64,000 nucleotides of DNA from a virus (taxonomy: Duplodnaviria > Caudoviricetes). Under the pieces are notes generated by a model. It was not told the DNA's origin. It was given only the letters and a program-made list of their open reading frames with translations, and made no database searches. The position numbers and the translations under genes were made by a program. This document shows, piece after piece, positions 41,301 through 50,633 of the stretch (position 1 is the stretch's first letter; every line of letters starts with the position of its first letter). Location of the stretch: the IMG/VR virus record IMGVR_UViG_3300016486_001578; one strand, given 5' to 3'.

Positions 41301-43450
41301 ATCCGGGATATTGTTATATTGATTATAATTTAGATAATAATAATAAATTAATATTTGGCTCAGACTTAGAGTTTGAATGGAAGAGTATTTTTATAAACAC
41401 ATTTATTGATATTAAGATATATGATGGTATTGATATAATCGAAACGAATAAGCTATTGGTTATTAATAAATATTATGATGATGTTAATGATTTATTTGTT
41501 GTGGAGTTCCATAGGGAAATTAATTATACAAAAGGAGTTGTAATTAATTCAATTGATATAATATCAAGGAGAACATTATTGGAGATAAGTGATGATTTAA
41601 AATATTTAAATAATATACAAAGACCTTATTCACAAAATGAATATGTTGGCGGAACAACACAATCCGGTCAAATTTGGAATGTTTCATATTCTACTTTAGA
41701 GAAGGAATTGAATTTCAAAGTAAACACTGATTCTTACTCTAAGGTATTACTATCTGATAATGATATAGTTAGTTCTATAAGTGGTTTAATATATACAGAT
41801 TTCAGGGGAGACCTTTCGTTAAATATAACACAATTGGAGTCTGAAGTAAACATCGATATATCTAATACTAGTGATTATTTAGGAAAAGTATTGATATCTT
41901 GTTCTGAGGAACATAAATTAACAACCGGAGATGGTGTTGTTTTATCTTTTATTGGTGGAACTGGTTCTTCTGAAGAACTAAACAATCAATATTTTGGTTA
42001 CCAAATTGTAAATTATATAGACCCATATAGTTTTTATATTGATGTTCAATACGGATCCAATATATTTGTTGGTAATGATTATGGTTCAGTTACTTATATA
42101 AATAGGGATCCATTTTTAAACTATCAGCCAGTTGATATAATTGATGTTGGTGTTGATAAAAGAGGAAAAATATCTGTTGAGTTATCTCCAAAAAATACCA
42201 AATTATATGGTGATTTGTATAAGTTGATAGATGTTGATTATGAAAAATATAGATTTAGGCTAGTAGGGAATTTAGATATAGAGACATTGGCTAAAAATTA
42301 TCAATGGATATATGAAGCTGAGATATCAGAAGCTGTTATTGGCACTGATGAAAATGGTTTAATTTGGTATAAAGGAATATGGTCTTGTGGTAGATGGTTT
42401 GGTGGAACTTGGGTATCTGGTAGTTGGCTATCTGGTGATTGGTATGGTGGAACTTGGGATTCTAAGATGATAAAGGATAATTATATATCCGTTGAAGTAG
42501 ATGATAGATATTCAGATAATAAACAATCTATATGGTTTGATGGTAGATGGTTTGATGGTGATTGGAAAAATGGAACTTGGGTATCCGGTAGGTGGTATGA
42601 TGGAAATTGGTATGATGGTATATGGAATGATGGTATATGGAATGATGGTACTTGGAACAATGGTAACTTTACTGGTGGTATATGGGTAGATGGTGATTGG
42701 AAATCAGGTATATTTAGTGCCTTAAATGCTCCTGCTTATTGGTTGGATGGCAATTGGGAATCCGGTGATTTCGAAAATGGTATGTGGTTTAATGGTAATT
42801 TTGGATCCAAAGATAAAGAGTCTAAATTTGGAACAAAATCATATAATAGTAGGGCCGCTATATGGAAATCAGGTAAATGGATCAATGGATCTTTCCATTC
42901 TAGGTTAAATTTAACTGAAGATGGGGATTATGATGTTTCTAATATACATAAGTATTCGATTTGGTATAGTGGTGAGTGGTTTAATGGTGATTTTTATGGC
43001 GGTGTTGCTTATAATATGGACTTTAAATCAGGAACTTGGCATGGTGGTATTTTGGAAGAACTTAATATAATTGGAATGACTGGATCTTTGACGACTAGTG
43101 ATAATTATTTTGTTATAGATAAGATAGCCGAATTTAATACCGGTTATGATATATCTATTATAGATAATCAAATAGGTGGTACTTATTCATCTATGGGTAA
43201 TAATACAACACCTGGTGAGTACAAGGTTTTATATTCAACCGAGGATTTATCAACTAACACTACAAAAATATATGTTGATGAGATAATACCATTTGATGTG
43301 GTGACAGGTTCTTCTACTGGCCTTAAGCTGGTAAGTAAATTTCGAAATTGTAATTGGAAATCCGGTATATGGACTAATGGTATTTACTCCAAAGGAAAGT
43401 GGGAAGGTGGTATATGGTATAATGGGATATTTTCCGGTACTTGGATGTAA
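38342..43450 (+). CDS. Large putative virion protein (tail-fibre-associated motif, BNR/beta-propeller-like repeats, C-terminal WxxGxW repeats)
   Basis: IDGV...RVLIKNQ...NGIY; VGDDGTLL, TNDGGIKW; many W/FxxG pentapeptide repeats. Confidence 0.75.
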   Translation: MWAYSSDYNRWEKKTNNLNLDEFQYFKQEMDSFRFYSKCLSGSSYIPINDTSDIYDILTDQKPKNWYIGNTSSQYSSSQIPNEYAENIIGTSSEYYKKYLPEYGLTLKNLFTPERIIKDSIDNFIYVDLATNEQLSDLYDEVINRKIDGVRLFEGSRVLIKNQKSNVVISSSVDPDDYFISEYTEINTVGTNTEYEYYNEDNGIYIYSDNILVRESDLDIYENCVRFSVCVKMGTNNAGKQFHLSRLLNGYYPNTLENNPILFKEKKNWVIRNKVDYNNLFDINYYGTLKHGTQSYELGGITYSIPERTISIGEFGVIINNQSSYSNIIRNKYKVNLRSIGQTDAYYWIVGDDGTLLRVRKHDFNIENIEVDCKCPRKNVTTNLRSVSFFNNLNGVVVGDLNTILITNDGGIKWERHLISAFDAFYYNKVYFNDINNFYIGGNNGVFIHFKKDINNWTAYKRRISKFIDDEDEFLLVDNINDILKTDVDTWSPYYQFFTQSTSTNKELLFLVTDNNNIILHDIDNSIPFHTDFMYLEMDDIDYGDIKTIEKRFGEDKFYFTGYDKINEESGIFSFQLSNFDSIGFGNSFSNRIYSTFSAYFESDSYPNDIFDYKGDELILSGNNSMLLSSTYSATFSFSNIDDELESRLRSKLLFLDYDVASKLNFFTDEGEYRLPSSVEFGFTQSINNYFGFAPIVHPSESPSFLTQSEINWWEYWRDSESTFEYYSYPQQMTDATKVLISSYFSTTDSDIDEMVINTISKNSSDILNLAPTILDAGHSRFNGLLSSPISSPIIDYDMYLYDYLMVIRTNATNNLVAEVGDMIRLESDEVMDNFLVNKKITLGANSYIYLFSEFSDGVINSLVNSSNIVVKNLNKFSDMIELEYRFNLHPISNGYDLYVDDQDFVEISAKFNNLTSYYNLGTQIYGNLGTQSMVYKDRFLKFGYKPTYNLLDYLEGINDSLINAKFSKNKEFLSMPIYNNIPVGSNPGYCYIDYNLDNNNKLIFGSDLEFEWKSIFINTFIDIKIYDGIDIIETNKLLVINKYYDDVNDLFVVEFHREINYTKGVVINSIDIISRRTLLEISDDLKYLNNIQRPYSQNEYVGGTTQSGQIWNVSYSTLEKELNFKVNTDSYSKVLLSDNDIVSSISGLIYTDFRGDLSLNITQLESEVNIDISNTSDYLGKVLISCSEEHKLTTGDGVVLSFIGGTGSSEELNNQYFGYQIVNYIDPYSFYIDVQYGSNIFVGNDYGSVTYINRDPFLNYQPVDIIDVGVDKRGKISVELSPKNTKLYGDLYKLIDVDYEKYRFRLVGNLDIETLAKNYQWIYEAEISEAVIGTDENGLIWYKGIWSCGRWFGGTWVSGSWLSGDWYGGTWDSKMIKDNYISVEVDDRYSDNKQSIWFDGRWFDGDWKNGTWVSGRWYDGNWYDGIWNDGIWNDGTWNNGNFTGGIWVDGDWKSGIFSALNAPAYWLDGNWESGDFENGMWFNGNFGSKDKESKFGTKSYNSRAAIWKSGKWINGSFHSRLNLTEDGDYDVSNIHKYSIWYSGEWFNGDFYGGVAYNMDFKSGTWHGGILEELNIIGMTGSLTTSDNYFVIDKIAEFNTGYDISIIDNQIGGTYSSMGNNTTPGEYKVLYSTEDLSTNTTKIYVDEIIPFDVVTGSSTGLKLVSKFRNCNWKSGIWTNGIYSKGKWEGGIWYNGIFSGTWM

Positions 43451-43478
43451 TCCATTTCTATAAAATAATATATATTAT

Positions 43479-43838
43479 ATGATTAAGAAATTTAAGACAT
43501 TTAATGAATCAACAGACATAGTTACTGATAGTAAATATGAGCGGTTATCTAGTGATATAAAAGAAATGATAGAATCTACAATAGAGAATGTTGGGGGTGA
43601 TTATAAAACATTTTTAGATTCTTTCAAGAAGGATCCAGAGGATTATAAAATAGAAGGACTTATAAATGATTCTGATATTTATGATTTCTATCTAAAAAAT
43701 AGAAATGATATTGATGAGATTTTAAATGATATTAAATTTTTTGATGAGATACCAACCGAAAATAATTCATTTGGTTTATATGAATACGTCATAAAGGGAA
43801 CCGAGAGAGCCATACTAGAATTAGTAAATAATCTTTAA
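43479..43838 (+). CDS. Hypothetical protein with MIKKFKTFNES motif
   Basis: 119-aa ORF. Confidence 0.7.
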   Translation: MIKKFKTFNESTDIVTDSKYERLSSDIKEMIESTIENVGGDYKTFLDSFKKDPEDYKIEGLINDSDIYDFYLKNRNDIDEILNDIKFFDEIPTENNSFGLYEYVIKGTERAILELVNNL

Positions 43839-43901
43839 TTCTTATTATTTAGTGAGGTGTGTTTAATAAATATATATAGTATATCAAAATAAATAAACCA
43901 A

Positions 43902-46589
43902 ATGGCAAATACACCACTTTATAAATCTTTAAAAACAAACGGAACAACATTTTACGCTTTTCCTGGCGCGGCAGAGGATATAAGTGCGGCTTACCAAAAT
44001 GAAAACTATAAAATGTACTTTTCTAAGTATGTTTTATTAGATTTACCAACACAAAATACATCAACTGATCCTAAATATTTTGATTTCGATGAATCTTTTA
44101 ATAAATCTTCCAATGCTACTCCGGCTAGTAACTTTAATGAGTCATTAGTAGAATCACTTAGAAATTATATAGCAAACCAAGAGGTCGTTATAAGAGAGTC
44201 TAGATTAAATAATACAGAGTATTATTATAATACAAATGCTCTAGAAACAACAACTGAAAAAATATTTTGGAAATGGTGTAAAAAGCTTAATATAATAGAT
44301 TTCGAACCAGCTATTCCAAGTGATGAATATTTTGATAATTTAGTTGAGTTTGAATCAAAGGATATAAATGATGATGAGTATTTCCCGGAATATTTATGGA
44401 AAGAAAGAGAGGTGGTTGATTGGGCAACATCTTATTATTATCAATCCGGAGAATCTGGATTTTTAACTAATCTAGAGATAGAACTTAGTCAAAACTCAAA
44501 TTATAAAATAGGAGATGTTATTAATATTTATAATGTTGAGAACTCAACAATAATTGATAATGATAGTGGTGATGATATATCCGATATATCATCAGAAGAA
44601 GGAATACAAACAACTATTTTAAAGATAATTGAACAATCAGGCACACAGAACCAGAGAATAGTTGTTGATTTAGAGAGTTATTTAGGTAGAGAATTAGAGA
44701 CAACTGGTCAATCTAGATTAGTTTATAATAGATTAGTTAGATATATCGGTGAGGTAACTGGTATCTCAAATGTACAAGAGGCCAATAGATCATATACCGA
44801 GGTACATGCTCATATACCAGATCATACAGGAGAAACACCGGATATTTTATTTAGAACAATGACTGATGTTAACTATAAACCGAATCTAACATTTCCTATA
44901 ATACCCAGTCAATACCAACCAGAAATTCTTGGTGCTGAATTTTTTAATTCACCAATAGTTAATACACCACAAAATTACCCAGGTTCTTATTTTGGTCAAT
45001 TTGATACTTTAGATTTTACATATAAAACCTCAACCGGTGATCAATTAAGAAGAAGTGGAGATTATTACGGAATAAAGGGCGATACGAATAATATAGAAAT
45101 AGATGGTTCGACTTTAGATGGACTAGGTCTTAATTTTAATACAAGTCATTATGTTAAGATGAATATACCAAATAGGGTTGTTACAAATTTTGACCAATTT
45201 AATGCACTTGAAGTAAATAATGAACCACCAAAAGATTTTGAATTTAATGCAATATTGTGGTACTATACGGTAGAAGATAATAATGGAAATTCTACTAGTA
45301 ACTTATATGGAATATCATTTATCGATAATCCTAATAATAATCCAGTTGATGAAGAAATTGGACTTAGGTTTCCGCTTATTAAGAAATTAGTAACAAATGG
45401 TGAGCAAGATGGTACATCATATGCTTTTAATTTGAGTTTGAACTTTAATATAATAAATGAGAACCCAAATGAATCTTATAACCCAGAAGCTATAAATTCA
45501 CTATTCAGTATGAATTTATTTAATAAAGCTATGTCTAGTTTATCATCAACGAATGATAGTTTCTTAAATACCTTGGCCGAACAATCAACAATAAAAGAAG
45601 AAATAACCAACTTAAAGGGTCTTCTTTATTCACAAACAGACCTAAGTGTTATAAATGCTAAGATTATAAATTTAGAAAGGTTACTGAGGCTATATTCTAC
45701 TAATCAATTAATTGATAGTGGATCAATAAGGGTAAATCAAATAGCCGGTAATCCACCATCTATCTCACTTACTAGTATAGATACTGATTATTTTAGAGTA
45801 GATAACTTAAAAACTAGTGATTTGTATAATTCACAAGGAATAATTCCATTAAATTTAACGGTGCCTACTAATAAAAGTTTTTTAATAAATATATCAAACG
45901 ATGATAATATAGATTTAGAATTACAAGATGGAGATAAATTAACTATAATACTTGATAATGATTTGAGTATAAACCAATCAATGGATATAAACATAACGGG
46001 TAGTGTTGATTCTTCTGAAAATAAAAGATTAGATATATATATGGTTAGCGATGCAGGATCTTTGGATGAGACACAATCAGAGGTCTTATTACTGGGTAAT
46101 ATTGATCTTCCTGTTTTTTATAATACAAATACGCAATTACCAAATCCAGCATATCTATGGAAAGATTTCAAATTTGAAATAGATTTTGATGAGCAGATAT
46201 ATTTGGATTCATCTAATAAATTAAAAATACCACTTAGTGGAAATACTTATTTATTGAATAACTCATTAAATGATGGTGATGTCCTTTATTTGAATAACCT
46301 ATTCCTTGGTACATCATCTGTTTATGACTTTTCTGGACAATATACCATAGACTCTATTGAGGGTCTTACAAGCTCTTATATAACTCTTGATATATCAAAT
46401 AATTTAGATTTTGTTACTACATATGAAAATGAGACCTTTCCTTATGTTATACACGAATCATCATATACTATATTATCAAATAAACCATACTTTTCTTTAA
46501 ATAAAGGATTGAATGTGAAAGTTACAAGAGTATCGAATTCCGCTGAGCTAAAAGATAGATATAAACTAGATACGAATGAAATAACCTAA
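43902..46589 (+). CDS. Large putative structural protein
   Basis: 895-aa acidic N/S/T-rich ORF in a virion gene neighbourhood. Confidence 0.7.
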   Translation: MANTPLYKSLKTNGTTFYAFPGAAEDISAAYQNENYKMYFSKYVLLDLPTQNTSTDPKYFDFDESFNKSSNATPASNFNESLVESLRNYIANQEVVIRESRLNNTEYYYNTNALETTTEKIFWKWCKKLNIIDFEPAIPSDEYFDNLVEFESKDINDDEYFPEYLWKEREVVDWATSYYYQSGESGFLTNLEIELSQNSNYKIGDVINIYNVENSTIIDNDSGDDISDISSEEGIQTTILKIIEQSGTQNQRIVVDLESYLGRELETTGQSRLVYNRLVRYIGEVTGISNVQEANRSYTEVHAHIPDHTGETPDILFRTMTDVNYKPNLTFPIIPSQYQPEILGAEFFNSPIVNTPQNYPGSYFGQFDTLDFTYKTSTGDQLRRSGDYYGIKGDTNNIEIDGSTLDGLGLNFNTSHYVKMNIPNRVVTNFDQFNALEVNNEPPKDFEFNAILWYYTVEDNNGNSTSNLYGISFIDNPNNNPVDEEIGLRFPLIKKLVTNGEQDGTSYAFNLSLNFNIINENPNESYNPEAINSLFSMNLFNKAMSSLSSTNDSFLNTLAEQSTIKEEITNLKGLLYSQTDLSVINAKIINLERLLRLYSTNQLIDSGSIRVNQIAGNPPSISLTSIDTDYFRVDNLKTSDLYNSQGIIPLNLTVPTNKSFLINISNDDNIDLELQDGDKLTIILDNDLSINQSMDINITGSVDSSENKRLDIYMVSDAGSLDETQSEVLLLGNIDLPVFYNTNTQLPNPAYLWKDFKFEIDFDEQIYLDSSNKLKIPLSGNTYLLNNSLNDGDVLYLNNLFLGTSSVYDFSGQYTIDSIEGLTSSYITLDISNNLDFVTTYENETFPYVIHESSYTILSNKPYFSLNKGLNVKVTRVSNSAELKDRYKLDTNEIT

Positions 46590-46628
46590 TTTTATATTTT
46601 AATATATAATATAAATTAATCAGAATTT

Positions 46629-47456
46629 ATGGCTTGTGGAAATTCACTCTTTGGTGGTAATAATAATTATATAAAAGTTGGAAATGGTCAACTTATTGCT
46701 GTTGAGGGCGCTAATACAGCCGAAAAACTAATACTTTCGGATCTAAGAATACCATATACTCAGTTATTGAAAGGTAGGGTAATTTTAAAAGCTGGTCAAG
46801 AAGATTATTTAATGAATCACTTAGGTTTAGGTGATAATGTTACTTTTATAACAATAAAAGCTACATATAATGAGAAATCATTAGAGACTGATAATTATAT
46901 AATTTGGAAAAGATATGATGATTTATTTCACCCATCACAAATGGGTAAATTAATGATACTTACTGGTAATTCAACAAACAGAATACCACAACTTTATCTT
47001 ACCAACCCAAATCCTAACTATGATGTTAAGCTAGATATTATGGTCGCTATAATTGATGATGTGGAATCATTTTTTAATTATGATCCGGTTGTTTATTTTA
47101 CAGAATATGTAACACTTGAAAACACAGAATATAACGAACCATTTAATACTACTTTGGGTGATTCGTTTGGTGCTACTATTTCTTATGGTGCTCAACCAAT
47201 ATACAAGGACGAATTAACCTATTTATTTATAGATGAGGTTAGAGATTTAAATGGTATTACTATATCAACGACCAGTTCTAATTTTATTTTAAAGGATTAT
47301 TTTGGTTATGTAACACCGTCTGTTACTGGGGTAGGAACATATTCCTTAACATTTGATATAACTGATGATTATGGTAATTCTGTTCCTGATAATAAATCTT
47401 TGTATATCATAGTTAGTATAGGAAACACAGGTGGTACTGGTGGAACAGGATCATAA
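46629..47456 (+). CDS. Putative structural protein with C-terminal Ig-like segment
   Basis: VGTYSLTFDITDDYGN motif. Confidence 0.6.
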   Translation: MACGNSLFGGNNNYIKVGNGQLIAVEGANTAEKLILSDLRIPYTQLLKGRVILKAGQEDYLMNHLGLGDNVTFITIKATYNEKSLETDNYIIWKRYDDLFHPSQMGKLMILTGNSTNRIPQLYLTNPNPNYDVKLDIMVAIIDDVESFFNYDPVVYFTEYVTLENTEYNEPFNTTLGDSFGATISYGAQPIYKDELTYLFIDEVRDLNGITISTTSSNFILKDYFGYVTPSVTGVGTYSLTFDITDDYGNSVPDNKSLYIIVSIGNTGGTGGTGS

Positions 47457-47471
47457 TAGATAAAGATAAAT

Positions 47472-48428
47472 ATGATAAAGAAGTATAAAGAATTTATAAA
47501 TGAAAATTTTAACTCTTTTGGAGAAGAAGTAGAATCAAAATATCAAGATGATTATATTAAAAATATAGTAAATAGATATATATCTACTGTTGATCCTGAT
47601 ATTAGGATATCTAATGCTATAAACTCTCTGGACGAAAAAACAATAAGGGAAATAAAATCACAAGTTGATAATTATTTAACCAATGGAATAGAAGAAAAAG
47701 AAGTTGAAGTAAATACATCTGTTGAATTAACCGAATCGGTTGATGTTTTGGAAAATGAAGTAGAGACCTCATATTCCGGTAAAGGAGTTTTTAAATCTTT
47801 TCTAAAATCTTTAACTGCTTTTGGTAAAAATGAAAATCAGATTAGACATGATATATGTCCTGATGATTTTTTGATTTATTACCAGTTGGATAATAACAAC
47901 AAATCCGATGTTGCTTCTGTTTTTTCTAGATTTAGGTCACTTAATTTAGATTTTGAATCTGTTGGTGATAATGTTATATTGTATTTTGGGATAAGAATGG
48001 ATTCGTATTTCGAATATGGTATGTCCGATGGTTCTAATAAAAAAATAATAGGTAAATTTAAAATAAACAAATCAACTATAAATTGGATATCAGGATTGAA
48101 TTTAAAGTCCGCTAAATCATTAAAATCAATTCTATCTAACTTGGATTATAAAAATATTAAAACATTATATAAAATAAAAAGTGATATAAAAAAATATGAA
48201 CCCGGTAAATATGAAAATAAATCACCCATTTATATAAATGATAGAGTTATTACATTTGGTTATTATGGTATTGGAAAATGGATAGATGGTAAAATGGATA
48301 ATGATGATTACCTTAATATGAAGAATAATATTAGCGAGTGGATAAATACAAAATCCTGGGGTGATAAGGTCACTTTTGGTGTTGTTGCTAAATCATTTTG
48401 GTTAAAAATTTACATTAAACTAAAGTAG
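47472..48428 (+). CDS. Hypothetical protein with MIKKYKEFINE motif
   Basis: 318-aa ORF. Confidence 0.7.
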   Translation: MIKKYKEFINENFNSFGEEVESKYQDDYIKNIVNRYISTVDPDIRISNAINSLDEKTIREIKSQVDNYLTNGIEEKEVEVNTSVELTESVDVLENEVETSYSGKGVFKSFLKSLTAFGKNENQIRHDICPDDFLIYYQLDNNNKSDVASVFSRFRSLNLDFESVGDNVILYFGIRMDSYFEYGMSDGSNKKIIGKFKINKSTINWISGLNLKSAKSLKSILSNLDYKNIKTLYKIKSDIKKYEPGKYENKSPIYINDRVITFGYYGIGKWIDGKMDNDDYLNMKNNISEWINTKSWGDKVTFGVVAKSFWLKIYIKLK

Positions 48429-48463
48429 TAAAAACACATATAATAAATAAAATAAAATAAATT

Positions 48464-48727
48464 ATGTCAATTAAAGAATCATCAATAAGAGATTACATAT
48501 CAAATATTGATTTCCGAAACGAATGGAGTATGAAATCTATAAGAGAAGATATGAGAAAATTCCTCGGTGAAGAACCGGGAATAGATGTGCATTACAAAAA
48601 AGATGTAATGGTAAATGAGTTCAGTGGATCATCAGAAGAAATTTCAGGAGTTGATAAAATAGAAATAGTATTCTTTGATTTAGATGATAAGTTTAAGAAA
48701 TTAGAATTTTTAGTAGGTGGAGTCTAA
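48464..48727 (+). CDS. Hypothetical protein
   Basis: 87-aa ORF. Confidence 0.6.
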   Translation: MSIKESSIRDYISNIDFRNEWSMKSIREDMRKFLGEEPGIDVHYKKDVMVNEFSGSSEEISGVDKIEIVFFDLDDKFKKLEFLVGGV

Positions 48728-49040
48728 GGAAAATAAAATATCAGTTGATGTTTTGGATTATTTAGGAAAACATGAAGATGGTATTATATCTCTAATATCA
48801 CTTGGTTATCTTGATAGTTTCTATGAAGCTACTTTTTTCTATACAAACGATTTAATAGCATTGACACCGGATGATAAATTAGAAGATTTACTCGGTTGTA
48901 AGATTGAAGATTGGGTTGGTTATCAGGAATTAGTTTTTGATATTCTCAAAAGAGTTGTTCCATTTGATCAAATGATCAATATGGTTGATGATTTTTCTCC
49001 CGAAAAATATGGAATATTCTTAACACAATCTAATATTTAA
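48717..49040 (+). CDS. Hypothetical protein
   Basis: 107-aa ORF with a GTG start. Confidence 0.55.
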   Translation: MESKENKISVDVLDYLGKHEDGIISLISLGYLDSFYEATFFYTNDLIALTPDDKLEDLLGCKIEDWVGYQELVFDILKRVVPFDQMINMVDDFSPEKYGIFLTQSNI

Positions 49041-49093
49041 AAAACCAAACATTTCTCATTTAATATTATATAATTAAAAAATAATATCAATGA

Positions 49094-49387
49094 ATGATTA
49101 TAAAAGAAATAGGAATAAGGGGATTTAAATCTTATGGTAATAATGAACAAAAAATAAAATTAAATATAAACAGTGGTGAATTAATACTACTTTCTGGAGC
49201 AAATGGTTCTGGTAAGTGTGTTGATGAGTCAACACTAATAGATGTACAAATAATTGATTTTGAGCCTAATTTAGAAAATTTAGAATTTTTAGACAAAACG
49301 GATGAGGGAAAGAGGATTTTTCTATATATAAAGAAATCTAATAAATCCTTGTATGAAAAAATTGAAAAATTTAGAAAAGGTCAATAA
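49094..49387 (+). CDS. sbcC: SbcC/Rad50 (T4 gp46-like) N-terminal fragment plus 56-aa split-intein N-part
   Basis: IRGFKSYGN...LLSGANGSGK, then CVDESTLIDV at nt 49217. Confidence 0.9.
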   Translation: MIIKEIGIRGFKSYGNNEQKIKLNINSGELILLSGANGSGKCVDESTLIDVQIIDFEPNLENLEFLDKTDEGKRIFLYIKKSNKSLYEKIEKFRKGQ

Positions 49388-50633
49388 AAAATCACTTAAT
49401 GATTATTTATTGGACTTCGAACCATCTATAATCGATGGTTACAAAAATATGTTCACAGATTCAGATTTTAAAAAGGGTAAAACCTCTTTTCTTTTGTATT
49501 TGAAGTCTAAGATAGGAATGCCTAAGATAGGCAGGAATAGCCTAAATTATTGGCTATCAAGGGGTTGGTCCATTGAAAGAGCAAAAGAATTTAGAGTTAG
49601 GATTAAGGGCGATCCAGAAAAATCACCAATGAATATAAATTTTTGGATAAAAAAGGGATATACCGAAGAAGAATCAAGATTTAAGATAAGATCCCAAAGA
49701 AAAATGAATATAGAGTATTGGTTATCAAGAGGATTTAATGAGAATGATTCTAAATTAAAGGTTAAATTGTTTCAATCAGAACAAAGTAAAAAAATAAATA
49801 AAAAGAGGTTACTTAATCCAGAAAAATATGATGATATAAGTAATAACCAAGTTAAATATTGGCAAAAAAAAGGTTATTCCGAAGAAGAATCAATTAAAAT
49901 GGTTAGTAAAAGACAATCTACCTTCTCTAAGAAAATATGTATAGAAAAATATGGAGAAAAGAAGGGAATAAAAATTTGGTCAAATCGACAAAAAAATTGG
50001 ATGAAGTCGATGAAAAGTTCAAAATATAATGGAGTTGATGGTAAATCAATCACAATAAACGAAAAGATAAAAAAATATGATATAGATAGATTGGTAGATA
50101 GTTTATCAATAAAAGATAGAGAATATTTTAAGAAAATATTTATAAAATCAAAAACCATAGAAGATTTTATATACAACTATAGTTCAAAATTTATCACAGA
50201 TGAAATATCACTATATAGAATACTATTACCCATTAAGCGAATGAAACTATTACAAGTGTATTATAATACAGATGAGAGTTATATAATGTCATTAATAATT
50301 CCAAAAATTGCTAGAGTTAAATCTAAGTATTCTTATATATCTTGGATAAATAATCATGTTTGTCGAAGTGATGGTGAATATATATTAGCCAGCTTCCTAA
50401 TAAAAAATAATTTAGAATATACATATGAAAAAACATATGAAGATAGTAAATATAGGTGTGATTTCTACTTAGAGGATTTTGGAATATATGTTGAATACTT
50501 AGGTATGAAACATGACACTTATAGTAGAAAAATTAATTTTTTAAATAAAAGAAAAATCAAACATATAGCCTCTAGTGATATAGAATATATTAAATCAAAG
50601 ATAAAAGAATATGTTAACATTAAAGATAGGTGA
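49353..50633 (+). CDS. Free-standing putative homing endonuclease (YWxxxG repeats plus PD-(D/E)XK domain)
   Basis: Four (Y/F)W..(K/R)G(W/Y/F) repeats, KRQSTFS...CI, C-terminal RSDGE...CDFYL...YVEYLG; overlaps both sbcC halves. Confidence 0.8.
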   Translation: MKKLKNLEKVNKKSLNDYLLDFEPSIIDGYKNMFTDSDFKKGKTSFLLYLKSKIGMPKIGRNSLNYWLSRGWSIERAKEFRVRIKGDPEKSPMNINFWIKKGYTEEESRFKIRSQRKMNIEYWLSRGFNENDSKLKVKLFQSEQSKKINKKRLLNPEKYDDISNNQVKYWQKKGYSEEESIKMVSKRQSTFSKKICIEKYGEKKGIKIWSNRQKNWMKSMKSSKYNGVDGKSITINEKIKKYDIDRLVDSLSIKDREYFKKIFIKSKTIEDFIYNYSSKFITDEISLYRILLPIKRMKLLQVYYNTDESYIMSLIIPKIARVKSKYSYISWINNHVCRSDGEYILASFLIKNNLEYTYEKTYEDSKYRCDFYLEDFGIYVEYLGMKHDTYSRKINFLNKRKIKHIASSDIEYIKSKIKEYVNIKDR